Positions 1-9,700 of a stretch of DNA of 44,974 nt are shown here, piece by piece; position 1 is the stretch's first letter; each line of letters starts with the position of its first letter. This DNA is from an uncultured Saprospiraceae bacterium. Its GTDB lineage: Bacteria > Bacteroidota > Bacteroidia > Bacteroidales > CAYLPA01. A program made the position numbers and the translations under genes. Below the pieces are notes generated by a model. That model did no database searches. It was not told the DNA's origin and saw only the letters and a list, made by a program, of their open reading frames with translations. Location of the stretch: the NCBI GenBank assembly GCA_964385385.1, contig CAYLPA010000002.1, positions 6,343 to 51,316 on the forward strand, read 5' to 3'.

Positions 1-398
1 GGCACTCCGATGTGGTTGTTTAGATTTCCTAAAGTTGAATGAGTTTTATATTTTTGACTTAAAACAACATTAATAAGTTCCTTTGTTGTTGTTTTTCCAT
101 TTGAGCCTGTAATAGCAATAAAAGATATGTCAAACTGTTGCCTGTAGAGTTTTGATAATTCCTGCAAACTATCCAGAACATTTTCAACAAGAATAAATTT
201 ATCTCCCTTTTTATATTCTTCTTCATCAACAATTGCAAAAGCAGCACCTTTTTCAATAGCCTGTTCGGCAAATTTATTTCCATTAAAATTGTCGCCTTTC
301 AAAGCAAAAAAAATGCTATCTTTTTCTATCTTTCTCGAATCAATAGATATTTTTTTGTTCTGAATAAAAAGATTATAAATCTCCTTTGTATTATTCAT
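1..398 (-). CDS. murF: UDP-N-acetylmuramoyl-tripeptide--D-alanyl-D-alanine ligase, 5' part (runs off the window edge)
   Basis: Not in the ORF track. Manual translation from ATG at 398 gives MNNTKEIYNLFIQNKKISIDSRK...FFALKGDNFNGNKFA...IAITGSNGKTTTKELI...GNLNNHIGV, with the Mur ligase P-loop and the MurF-type NNHIG motif. gldJ-murF linkage is typical of Bacteroidota. Confidence 0.95.
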   Translation of the reverse strand, partial: MNNTKEIYNLFIQNKKISIDSRKIEKDSIFFALKGDNFNGNKFAEQAIEKGAAFAIVDEEEYKKGDKFILVENVLDSLQELSKLYRQQFDISFIAITGSNGKTTTKELINVVLSQKYKTHSTLGNLNNHIGV

Positions 399-510
399 TA
401 TATTAGTTTACAATTAATATAAAGTAAAATTAACAGAAATATTTTACAGTTGATTTTTATAAAAGTATATTTTTCAACAGAGCTATGTTATTAAAAGCAT
501 TGAAAATAAT

Positions 511-780
511 AAGTACTTAAAGTAAACTAAAGTACTTAGAGTGCCTAAAGTTATTGTATATCGGCAAAGAATTATAAATCAAGCGCTAATTCATTACAAA
601 ATATGTGAATTTAAGATAGTAGATAATCTTGATTATATATAATAATTACAACGGAATTGATTTTGAGAAAATATAATTAATTTTGAAAGAAGCGAATGAA
701 ATATTTCCTATTTTTTGTTTAATTAGAAGAAGAAAATTACTTTAAGTACTTTAGGCACTCTAAGTACTCTAGGCACTTTT
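511..780. repeat. Inverted arrays of 9-nt tandem repeats (unit RAGTRCYTA) bounding a ~190-bp core
   Basis: Left arm 511-552: aagtactta-aagtaaacta-aagtactta-gagtgccta-aagt. Right arm 739-780, read on the minus strand: aagtgccta-gagtactta-gagtgccta-aagtactta-aagt. There is a perfect 21-bp inverted match between 531-551 and 748-768. Confidence 0.9.
560..745 (+). pseudogene. Decayed four-helix-bundle (23S rRNA IVS protein / Avd-like) gene remnant
   Basis: Fragments KICE (598-609) and, in another frame, GIDFEKI*LILKEANEIFPIFCLIRRRKLL* (653-745) resemble the family C-terminus as I recall it (KICE..E...WL......LKEANEL.AIF). The remnant has stops and a frameshift and no recognisable N-terminal half. 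Confidence 0.5.
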
Positions 781-831
781 AAACATAAAAACTATAAACA
801 CTTGTTTGATACAATGTATTAATTGTAAAAT

Positions 832-860
832 AAAAAACCCCGCCAAAAAATTAACGGGGT
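832..860 (-). terminator. Rho-independent terminator after gldJ
   Basis: Minus strand ACCCCGTTAA-TTT-TTTGGCGGGGT followed by a T-tract, about 20 nt after the gldJ stop. Confidence 0.8.
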
Positions 861-881
861 AAAAATTCTATGTTATTATTT

Positions 882-2630
882 TTAATATTTTCCTATCGGG
901 CTTCCCACACGTGTCATAGCACATCTGAATCCGATACAATTTGATGCTTGATTTTCGTCAAGAAATCTTCTTGTTCCAGGTCCTAGCCAATATGCTCTGT
1001 CTTTCCATGAAGCACCTTTGTAAACTCTTGCTTTATCATTAATCATAGATGTTACACTATAATCATACATACTTTTAGAACCTTCATAATTTGACCTGTC
1101 TTCCCATGAAGGCGATATTGTTGATGTAAAATCTCCATCAAGGTAATTTATATTATCAGATTCGGTATAATTTCTTCTTTTCAGGTTTTCTTCAACATTA
1201 ACATCTCTCATTTTCAACTGACCGGGTGTTCTCTCAATATAATTTGAAATTCCTTTAAGTAATACACCACCAATTGTAACATCTTCAGGAGCATTATCAA
1301 TTTCATCAATTGCATCCATAATTTTTTGAGAAGCATCTTCGTAATTTCTTTCAACTTCGTCTTTAATTGCAAGATCAGTAAACTCTATAAGTTTAACAAC
1401 TAATTGCATTTCTTTGTCGGTAACAATTCCACCACCTGTTGAAATTTTTTCGCTAAAAGAAACAAGATAATCTCTCAATCCGGTATAATCATAAACGATA
1501 TAGTCTAATTTATCATCAGTCTGACCACTATTATTTTGAACCTGAGTTTGGAATTGATTTCCTCTAAAAGGTCTGAAATCGGTAAAATCTTCAAAAGAAA
1601 GAGGTCTGTAAACATCCATAACCCATTCGCTAACATTTCCACCCATATTATACAATCCGTAATCATTAGGCCAATAAGCATAAACAGGTGTTGAAATATC
1701 ACCGGCATCATTTAAATTACCTGCAACACCCATATTATCACCACGTCCTCTTTTAAAATTCGCAACAAAGTCGCCATAATTTTTATTAGCATCAGTTCTT
1801 GTAATATGTCCATTCCAAGGATATAATCTTCTTTCAACAACTCTTTCATACAAAGTATTTCCAATTAATCCAAGAGAAGCAAATTCCCATTCAGCTTCAG
1901 TAGGAAGTCTGTATTTAGGTAATAAAATACCATCTTCCATTCTTGCTTTACGAGTTCCTGCTCCAGTAGGATTCATATCAATCAAATCGTTTCTTACAGC
2001 ACCTTCATATTGACCTGCAAAATAAGCATCAGTATTAAAGTTTTCTTCATTTGCCTGATTAACATCAGATTTTAATATTCCGTATGAAATAAGAATTAAT
2101 TCATTAACTCTATCGGTTCTCCAAGCACAATAATCTCTTGCCTGAACCCAGCTAATTCCAACAACAGGATAGTGGCGAAAAGCAGGATGACGCAAATAAT
2201 AATCAACATATGGTTCGTTATATGCTAATTTATCACGCCAAACCAGTGTATCTGGTAAAGCTTTTTTATGGATTCTAGGAAAATCAACTCCATAAATTCT
2301 GTTTAGCCAATATAAATATTCTATATAGTCAAGATTTCTTACTTCGGTTTGATCCATATAGAAAGATGAAACAGTAACTTTTCGTGGAATATTATTCCAA
2401 TCATATCTTACATCTTGTTCTGTTCTTCCCATAAGAAAAGTACCACCTTCAACAAGAACTAATCCGGGACCGGTTTCTTGTTCTTCATAAGGTACAACTT
2501 CAAAACCACCATTTTTTGGATTATTGTACTCCCATCCTGTAGTTTGAGATTGTTCTCCTCCACAGGCTGAAAGTATTATTACTACTGCTACCAGAAAAGT
2601 AATTTTGCTTAAAATTTTATAATATTTCAT
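882..2630 (-). CDS. gldJ: Gliding motility lipoprotein GldJ (FGE/SUMF1 fold)
   Basis: Lipobox LSAC, TTGWEYN, LPDTLVWR, YPVVGISW, RLPTEAEWE, NDYGLYNMGGNVSEWV, IGFRCAM. Lies between porP-like and murF. Confidence 0.88.
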   Translation of the reverse strand: MKYYKILSKITFLVAVVIILSACGGEQSQTTGWEYNNPKNGGFEVVPYEEQETGPGLVLVEGGTFLMGRTEQDVRYDWNNIPRKVTVSSFYMDQTEVRNLDYIEYLYWLNRIYGVDFPRIHKKALPDTLVWRDKLAYNEPYVDYYLRHPAFRHYPVVGISWVQARDYCAWRTDRVNELILISYGILKSDVNQANEENFNTDAYFAGQYEGAVRNDLIDMNPTGAGTRKARMEDGILLPKYRLPTEAEWEFASLGLIGNTLYERVVERRLYPWNGHITRTDANKNYGDFVANFKRGRGDNMGVAGNLNDAGDISTPVYAYWPNDYGLYNMGGNVSEWVMDVYRPLSFEDFTDFRPFRGNQFQTQVQNNSGQTDDKLDYIVYDYTGLRDYLVSFSEKISTGGGIVTDKEMQLVVKLIEFTDLAIKDEVERNYEDASQKIMDAIDEIDNAPEDVTIGGVLLKGISNYIERTPGQLKMRDVNVEENLKRRNYTESDNINYLDGDFTSTISPSWEDRSNYEGSKSMYDYSVTSMINDKARVYKGASWKDRAYWLGPGTRRFLDENQASNCIGFRCAMTRVGSPIGKY

Positions 2631-2670
2631 GACATTAAAATTTTATTATCATCAATTTTTAAATATATAA

Positions 2671-3654
2671 CTAAAAAGAAGGGCAACTTATTTCCCTAAC
2701 ACGTCTTTTCTTTACAGGACAATTAAACATCATTGCAAAAGAAATCTCATGTGCTCCTCCGGATGCGCTTGCCAATTTAGAAACAGTTATATCATAAGTA
2801 TATCCAAATTTAAATTTATCATATTGAAAGCCAAGTAAAACAATTAAAGCATCGGAGCCTTCAAAAAATTGTCTGTACCATAATCCAGCTATTATCGGTA
2901 ATTTGTTAACATATAAACCATAATTCATCTGATGATATGGTCCTTGCATAAAGAAAGCAACATTTGGCGAAAGCACGGGGTCTTCAGGACGTCTGCGTCT
3001 TTTACCACGAGTTAACGGTATAATGCCTCCTGTATGGAATGTTAATTTCATAGGCAACGTACTGGCACTCCATAATCCTTCATCAGGTTGTGTTAAATGA
3101 TGTACGGCAAAACCTATATAAAACTTTTCACTAAACCCAAGCATACCTGCTGAAAAATCAACTCCAGATTTAGATAAAGTAGGTATTTTGGGATTTTGGT
3201 CATAAACAAAACCCCATCGAGGATCTATTTGATTACCAAAAGTTAGTTTGCTACCATCAAGGCTTTTTTGAAAAAACGAACCCTGAAATCCGGCTTTAAT
3301 AGCGAAAAACCGAGTAAGCTGAAGTTTATAAGAATAAATTAAACTTGCTGTATTTGATGTCAAAACACCTTCTCCAGCTCTGTCGGAAGTTACCAATACA
3401 CCAAGTCCACCACTCAATGCGTCAAAATGCATATCAAAACCGGCATTATATGTAACATAAGCTCCGGATATTGCAGGCCATTGATTTCTGTAGTTCATTA
3501 TCAAACGAGGACAAACCGCAGTTCCTGCAAAAGCAGGATTCAAATACATTGGGTTTGCATAAAATTGGGAAAAATGCGGATCCTGTGCTTTTAATAAGCC
3601 TCCGCTAAAAATTAATAATGTGGTTATTATGTAGATTATTGCCTTTTTTCTCAT
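2671..3654 (-). CDS. Type IX secretion system outer-membrane protein, PorP/SprF family
   Basis: Signal peptide followed by QDPHFSQFYANPMYLNPAFAG, NYRNQWP, GYTYD and GGAHEIS family motifs. Confidence 0.92.
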   Translation of the reverse strand: MRKKAIIYIITTLLIFSGGLLKAQDPHFSQFYANPMYLNPAFAGTAVCPRLIMNYRNQWPAISGAYVTYNAGFDMHFDALSGGLGVLVTSDRAGEGVLTSNTASLIYSYKLQLTRFFAIKAGFQGSFFQKSLDGSKLTFGNQIDPRWGFVYDQNPKIPTLSKSGVDFSAGMLGFSEKFYIGFAVHHLTQPDEGLWSASTLPMKLTFHTGGIIPLTRGKRRRRPEDPVLSPNVAFFMQGPYHQMNYGLYVNKLPIIAGLWYRQFFEGSDALIVLLGFQYDKFKFGYTYDITVSKLASASGGAHEISFAMMFNCPVKKRRVREISCPSF

Positions 3655-3994
3655 TATGGCTTTTTATAATAAAACAAAGCTGTTAGTTTTTTAAATTACA
3701 ATATTACAAATAATTTTTTAATTAATAAATGTTTTAAATAAAAAAATTTAGTCTTATTATAACGTTAAACAAGCAAATTTATGTTTTATAATTGAATATC
3801 TAAAATTTTCTCACTAAAGATTTAAGCTTTTTTTATACTTATTTTTTATTGCTTGAGTTACATTTATTATTAGAAACTTTGATAATTTTTATTTAGAAAA
3901 AACTATTTGTTTGAAATTATTGCTATTAAAAAATAAATTTCTTTCTAAATAAATTATATTATTCATTAATTCAACAAAATTATTTTGCCCTTTT

Positions 3995-4666
3995 TTAGAG
4001 ATTATGATTAGTTATTTTTTTAATGTTTGAAAACAAATAAAATATTTCAATTGCAATTTGCTTACACCTTTTATTATATACAATATCTGCTTCGGGGGTA
4101 TTGTCTGAAATTTTTGGGTCTTCGTATGTCAGAGAAAATCTTTTGTCTGCTCCGGAAACAATAGGACAAGCTTCATCAGCATCAGAACATGTCATTATTG
4201 CAATGAAATTACTTTGTGGATTTTCTTTATCTGAGATTATTTTTGAAAATCCTTTAATTGGAATTTTATTGTACGCATAGTTAATATTATAAACTGGATT
4301 TTCTATTGATGCTGTTTTCTCAATTTCAAATCCTGCATTTTTTAATGCCATCAACGAACGCAGATTAAAACTTGTTACTTCAGTTCCGGCGGAAAAACAG
4401 TTTATATTCGGAATTTTATAATATTCTCTGACAGTTTGTGCCCAAATCTGAGCAAATTGACTTCTACTGGAATTATGAGTGCATATAAAAATTAAGTTTA
4501 TTGGTAAATTAAATTTAATCTTATTCTTGATGTAATGGGAAATTTCTTTTATCTGAATTTTACGTTCATCTGAAATAACAAACTCTTCTGCAAGAAAACT
4601 ATTAATATACTTTTCTACAGAAGAAATCACTTGCTGATATTTTTTTCCAGTTCGTTCTGAGTTCAT
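3995..4666 (-). CDS. LMW protein-tyrosine-phosphatase family / thioredoxin-coupled arsenate reductase-like protein with N-terminal extension
   Basis: CX5R loop FICTHNSSRSQ, SAGTE, resolving-Cys segment TCSDADEACP, and EDP acid loop. Confidence 0.85.
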   Translation of the reverse strand: MNSERTGKKYQQVISSVEKYINSFLAEEFVISDERKIQIKEISHYIKNKIKFNLPINLIFICTHNSSRSQFAQIWAQTVREYYKIPNINCFSAGTEVTSFNLRSLMALKNAGFEIEKTASIENPVYNINYAYNKIPIKGFSKIISDKENPQSNFIAIMTCSDADEACPIVSGADKRFSLTYEDPKISDNTPEADIVYNKRCKQIAIEIFYLFSNIKKITNHNL

Positions 4667-4684
4667 AATTTATGTTTGAAAAAA

Positions 4685-6571
4685 CTAATTAGTACTCTTG
4701 CATTTTTCCTTAATAACATCATAGATTTCAGTAAGACCAAGCTCATAAGCTTTTTGAAAATCTTTGCAAGCTTTTTGAGTTTCACCGGAATCATAATATG
4801 CTAATCCTCTCAGATACCATGCTCTTCCAGCGTTCGGACTAATCTCAATAATGTGATTATAATCTGCTAATGCTTTTTCATATTGAGTTAGTTTGTAATA
4901 AACAAGTCCACGATTAACTAATGAATTAATATCATTAGGTTTTAATTCGAGGTTTTTATTAAAGTCCTGAATAGCTTTTTGAAAATTATTGGCTTGAAAT
5001 TCTAAATATCCTCGATAAAAATAAGCCTTTGAAAGAGTATCAATTTTTTCAATTGCTTTGGAATAAATATCTATCGCTCCTTTAGAATTTCCTGTTTTCA
5101 TATAAACCATTCCAATATTCATATAACCATCAGGAATATCAGGATTTAGTTTTATTGATTCCTGAAAATCGGAAACTCCTCCCTGAAAATCTTGCCTGGC
5201 AATTCTGTCCATACCCCGCATATTATAAGCGAAAGTATAATTAGGATAATTTCCAATGACATCTGTCCAAAGTGTAGAGCTATTTTCCCATATTTTAACT
5301 CTTATATTTGTGCTTATTCCAAGAACAATCAGATAAATAATTAAAACAACAATGTAAGTAGTTTTGCGGTTTTTAAACTTGTTGCCAAAGTAAACAAATG
5401 CCCATGCAATCATTATAAAAATTCCGATTGAAGGAATATAGGAATAACGGTCTGCCATCAAGTAATTACCTTGAGGGATATCAAACAACTTTACCAATAA
5501 TGCTATGTTTAATACAAAAAAAGCCAGTCCAAAAGCAAATTCCTTTTGTTTTTTTCTGATGAGAATAATTATTAGAACTACAACTCCTATTACAAATGCA
5601 GGACTAATATATTGAATAATGCTTATGCCTTTTCCAATGTCATCGGGATAAGGATAAAATACTGATAAATTGAAAGGAGCTATAGTTTTTAAAATGTATT
5701 GAGTGAAACCAAAACTTGATAAAAATATTTTATCAATGAAAGAGTAAGAAAGAATATTGCTCTCAAATGCTAAACTTTGAGCCAGAGATGCAATTATTAC
5801 AAATGCTACACTTATTACGAAAAAGGGTAGTTTCAAAAATAACAATTTTGGATTGAAAAGTTTTTTGTCAACAAAATATTCTATAATAAATAAAGTAAAG
5901 AAAAGTGAAATAGCAGTTGCTTTAGATAAAACAGCAAATAAAAAAAGCAATAATGAATACAAATAATATTTATTTTTCTCAAGCTGAAGAAATTTCACAT
6001 AATTAAAAAGCGATGTAAGAAAAAACAATGCAAAAAGAAGGTTTTTCCTTTCGGAGGCCCATGCAACTGATTCTACGTTTATAGGATGAATTGCAAAAAG
6101 CAAGGCAGCAATAATAGCAATTTCGTTTTTCCTAAAAAGTTTCTTTAATAAAAGAAAAACAAAGAAAACATTTAGCAGATGCAAAAGAATGTTTACAAAG
6201 TGAAAAATATTTGCTTTGAGTTCATAAATTTTAAAATTATGAGGAAGCGAAAGGCTGCTAAACTTATAGTCTATAGCCAAAGATAGCTGAGAAAGCGGAT
6301 GATAATGTCCATCGAAATAAGTAGTAAACCATGTTTTAATATTTTGTGCAGAAATGTCTTTTATAGCTTCATTTTGCAGGATATATCTTTCATCATCAAA
6401 GTTTACAAAGCCATTTTTTATTACTGAAAAATATATAATAAAAGTAATGACAAGAATAAAAACCAGCCAAAGTTTATAATTGTCAGCTTTGGTTTTTGCG
6501 TCAGGAATTTGTCTTTTTTTTGATGATTTAATATCTATCGACTTTTTCTTTACTTCTTTTTTCTTCGACAT
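4685..6571 (-). CDS. Multi-pass membrane GT-C glycosyltransferase with C-terminal TPRs (TMTC-like protein O-mannosyltransferase family)
   Basis: FVNFDD loop after the first TM helix, YHPL, FHFVNILLH, HPINVESVAWASERK, ADRYSYIP, about 10 hydrophobic helices, and roughly 5-6 TPRs. Confidence 0.82.
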   Translation of the reverse strand: MSKKKEVKKKSIDIKSSKKRQIPDAKTKADNYKLWLVFILVITFIIYFSVIKNGFVNFDDERYILQNEAIKDISAQNIKTWFTTYFDGHYHPLSQLSLAIDYKFSSLSLPHNFKIYELKANIFHFVNILLHLLNVFFVFLLLKKLFRKNEIAIIAALLFAIHPINVESVAWASERKNLLFALFFLTSLFNYVKFLQLEKNKYYLYSLLLFLFAVLSKATAISLFFTLFIIEYFVDKKLFNPKLLFLKLPFFVISVAFVIIASLAQSLAFESNILSYSFIDKIFLSSFGFTQYILKTIAPFNLSVFYPYPDDIGKGISIIQYISPAFVIGVVVLIIILIRKKQKEFAFGLAFFVLNIALLVKLFDIPQGNYLMADRYSYIPSIGIFIMIAWAFVYFGNKFKNRKTTYIVVLIIYLIVLGISTNIRVKIWENSSTLWTDVIGNYPNYTFAYNMRGMDRIARQDFQGGVSDFQESIKLNPDIPDGYMNIGMVYMKTGNSKGAIDIYSKAIEKIDTLSKAYFYRGYLEFQANNFQKAIQDFNKNLELKPNDINSLVNRGLVYYKLTQYEKALADYNHIIEISPNAGRAWYLRGLAYYDSGETQKACKDFQKAYELGLTEIYDVIKEKCKSTN

Positions 6572-6687
6572 GAAAAGGATTTTTTAGAGAGAATAAAAAT
6601 ATAAAAAATTATAAATAAGAAAACATTAATTTTATAAATCACATTATATTTTTTGTTTAACATACAATAAATTCATTCTTTTTTTGT

Positions 6688-6695
6688 TAGTTTTG
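6688..6695 (+). promoter_or_regulatory. Candidate Bacteroidota -7 promoter element for porU
   Basis: TAGTTTTG matches TAnnTTTG about 50 nt before the porU ATG. No well-spaced -33 element seen. Confidence 0.4.
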
Positions 6696-6745
6696 AAACT
6701 ATCTTAAATAGCTTTTTTACAATTAAAAAATCAAAATAATAAATA

Positions 6746-9700
6746 ATGAAATTTAAAGTATTTTATTTTTTTGTATTATTATTTCTCACCTTAATTACTT
6801 CAACATTTGCACAACGCAGTTCAAATAGTAAAACCTTACGATGGACAGGTGTTAAGTCCGAGAAAATTTCTGAAACAGAATATTTAAAAATGTTATCTTT
6901 TGATGGGGCGGTTTATGATTACGAGACCAAATATTTACCGCTTTATTTTGAAAGATTTAAAATAGTTTCACAAAATTCTACTGTAAATGTAATTCTAACG
7001 AATAAAGTTTTTAAAGAATTTGATAGTAAAACCATAAATCAAATAAAAGATTTAGACCTAATAAAAAATGATATTGTAGTTAAAACATCAATTTCTGTTG
7101 AGAGAAAAATTCCTTATGCAACATTTTCATTTGTTCCAATAAGAAAAAACCCTTTGAGCTGGAAATATGAAAAATTAATTTCTTTTGAAACTCAAATTAA
7201 AATAACAGCTTCCAAAGAAAAAAAAGATTTAGCTGGACTTAAGACTTATGCTAAAAATTCAGTTCTATCAAGCGGAGATTGGTATAAAATTTCAACACCA
7301 AATTCCGGCATTCATAAAATCTCCTACAACGAACTTCAAGCTATGGGAATAAATGCTTCCTCAATAAATCCAAAAAACATAAGAATCTATGGAAATGGTG
7401 GTGGCGCACTTCCTGAGAATAACTCAGAATTTCGTTATGATGACCTTCAGGAAAATGCAATTTATGTTGCTGGCGAAAGTGACGCAAGTTTTGACTCAGG
7501 TGATTACATTTTGTTTTACGCCCAAGGACCAAACACATGGAAATATAATTCCGCTTCAAAAATATTTAATCATTATACAAATAGTTATTCCGACAATGCT
7601 TACTATTTTATAAATACAGATATCGGGCAGGGAAAAAGAATTTCAATAGAACCTTCTTCAACTTTAGCTTCTAATAAATCTGTTGACAAATTTAATGCTC
7701 GTGCATTTTATGAAAAGGATTTATTAAATTTAATTAAATCCGGTAGAGTATGGTACGGAGAGAAATTTGACATAATAAGAACATATAATAATAAATTCTC
7801 GTTTCCAAACATAGTACCAACATCAAGAGTTCATTTGAAAGTAGATGTCGCTGCCCGTTCAGTTTCAAGTACAAATAATACTTTTTCTACTGTTGCTAAC
7901 GGAAATACTTTAATTTCTTCGGTTTCATCTGTGGGGACATCCTATAATTCAGACTTTGCAAAATCTTCATCAGATACAATGAGTTTCACTACTTCAAATT
8001 CAAATATTGATGTTTCGATAACTTTCAATAACACATCATCCAGTGCAACTGGCTGGTTAGATTATTTTGAATTAAATACCGCAAGATATTTAAAAATGCA
8101 AGAGAATCACATGGCTTTCAGAAATATTGCTTCAGTAGGCCTTGGAAATATTACCAAATTCTCAATATCAAATGCAAATTCTTCCTTAAAAATTTGGGAT
8201 GTAACAAATCACATAGAACCAAAACTTATTGAAACAACAATTAGCGGTACAATTTTGACTTTTAAAGTTTCTACTGACAGCCTGCGAGAATTTGTAGCAC
8301 ACAATGGCAATTATTATTATTCAACTAGTTTTATTGAAAAAGTTACTAATCAAAATTTACATGGATTAGGACAAACAGATATGATAATTGTTTCTCATCC
8401 TGAATTTGTTAGCCAAGCAAATCGGCTTGCAAACATTCATATCAATAATGACGGGCTATCTGTTGTTGTGGTTGAACCAAAACAAATTTACAATGAGTTC
8501 TCTTCGGGAGGGCAGGATATAACAGCTATTAGAGATTTTGTAAAAATGTTTTATGACAATGCAGGTTTAAAACAAAATAATATGCCAAAATATTTACTTC
8601 TTTTCGGCGATGGCTCTTATGACAATAAAAACAGGCTCAACAATAATACTAATTATATTCCCACTTTTCAAACTTCTCAATCCTTACATCCCGCATTTTC
8701 TTATTTAACAGATGATTATTATGGACTGTTAGATGAAAATGAAGGAGCCGGAGCCGGCGGAAATCTTGATATCGGTATTGGACGTTTTCCTGTTAAAACT
8801 GCCGAAGAAGCTAAAAACATGGTTGATAAAATTGTTCGTTACACAAGCAACTCAAAAATTCAAAACACCAGTTGTAATAATTTCACAAATGCTATTTCTA
8901 ACCTCGGCGACTGGCGAAACATCATCTGTTTTATTGCAGACGATGAAGAAGGTAATCAGCATTTGTATCAAGCAGACCAATTAGCAACAATGATTGATAC
9001 ATCATATAAAGATTATAATGTTGACAAAATTTATTTTGATGCATATACACAAATATCTACTCCGGGAGGACAACAATATCCCGAAGCAAAAGATGCCATT
9101 AATAAACGTGTTGAAAAAGGTGCTCTAATAATAAATTATACTGGTCATGGTGGTGAAATAGGCTGGGCACATGAAAGAGTTCTTGAAATCCCTGATATTA
9201 ACAATTGGAACAATAAAAATAATATGCCCGTTTTTGTTACTGCAACTTGTGAATTTAGCAGATTTGATGACCCCGCAAGAACATCGGCTGGTGAACTTGT
9301 TTTCTTAAATCCTGATGGCGGTGCAATTTCTATGTTTACTACTTCAAGACTTACTTATTCTACTTACAACTTTACCATTAATAAATGTTTTTATAATAAT
9401 GTTTTTAAAAAAAATAATAATGAGTATTATAAAATGGGTGATATTATCAGAAATGCAAAAGTTCAAAGTGGTTCTTTTTCACAAAACAGAAATTTTGTTC
9501 TTTTAGGCGACCCTGCATTAGTGCTTGCATATCCTGAACTCAATGCTTTAACTACAAAGATAAATAATGTTAGCGTTACTAATATTTCTGTTCCTGACAC
9601 ATTAAAAGCATTATCAAAAGTTGAAATCAGCGGAATTATTGAAGATGAAAACGGAGTTCAAAAAACAAATTTTAATGGAACTATTTATCCAACGGTTTTT

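Noticed and set aside
59-283. 74-aa ORF from the track
   Set aside because: Out-of-frame shadow of murF, whose real frame runs from 398 off the window edge.
511-780. CRISPR array or IS terminal inverted repeats
   Set aside because: Units are 9 nt with no unique spacers, no cas gene or transposase is present, and the arms are internally tandem.
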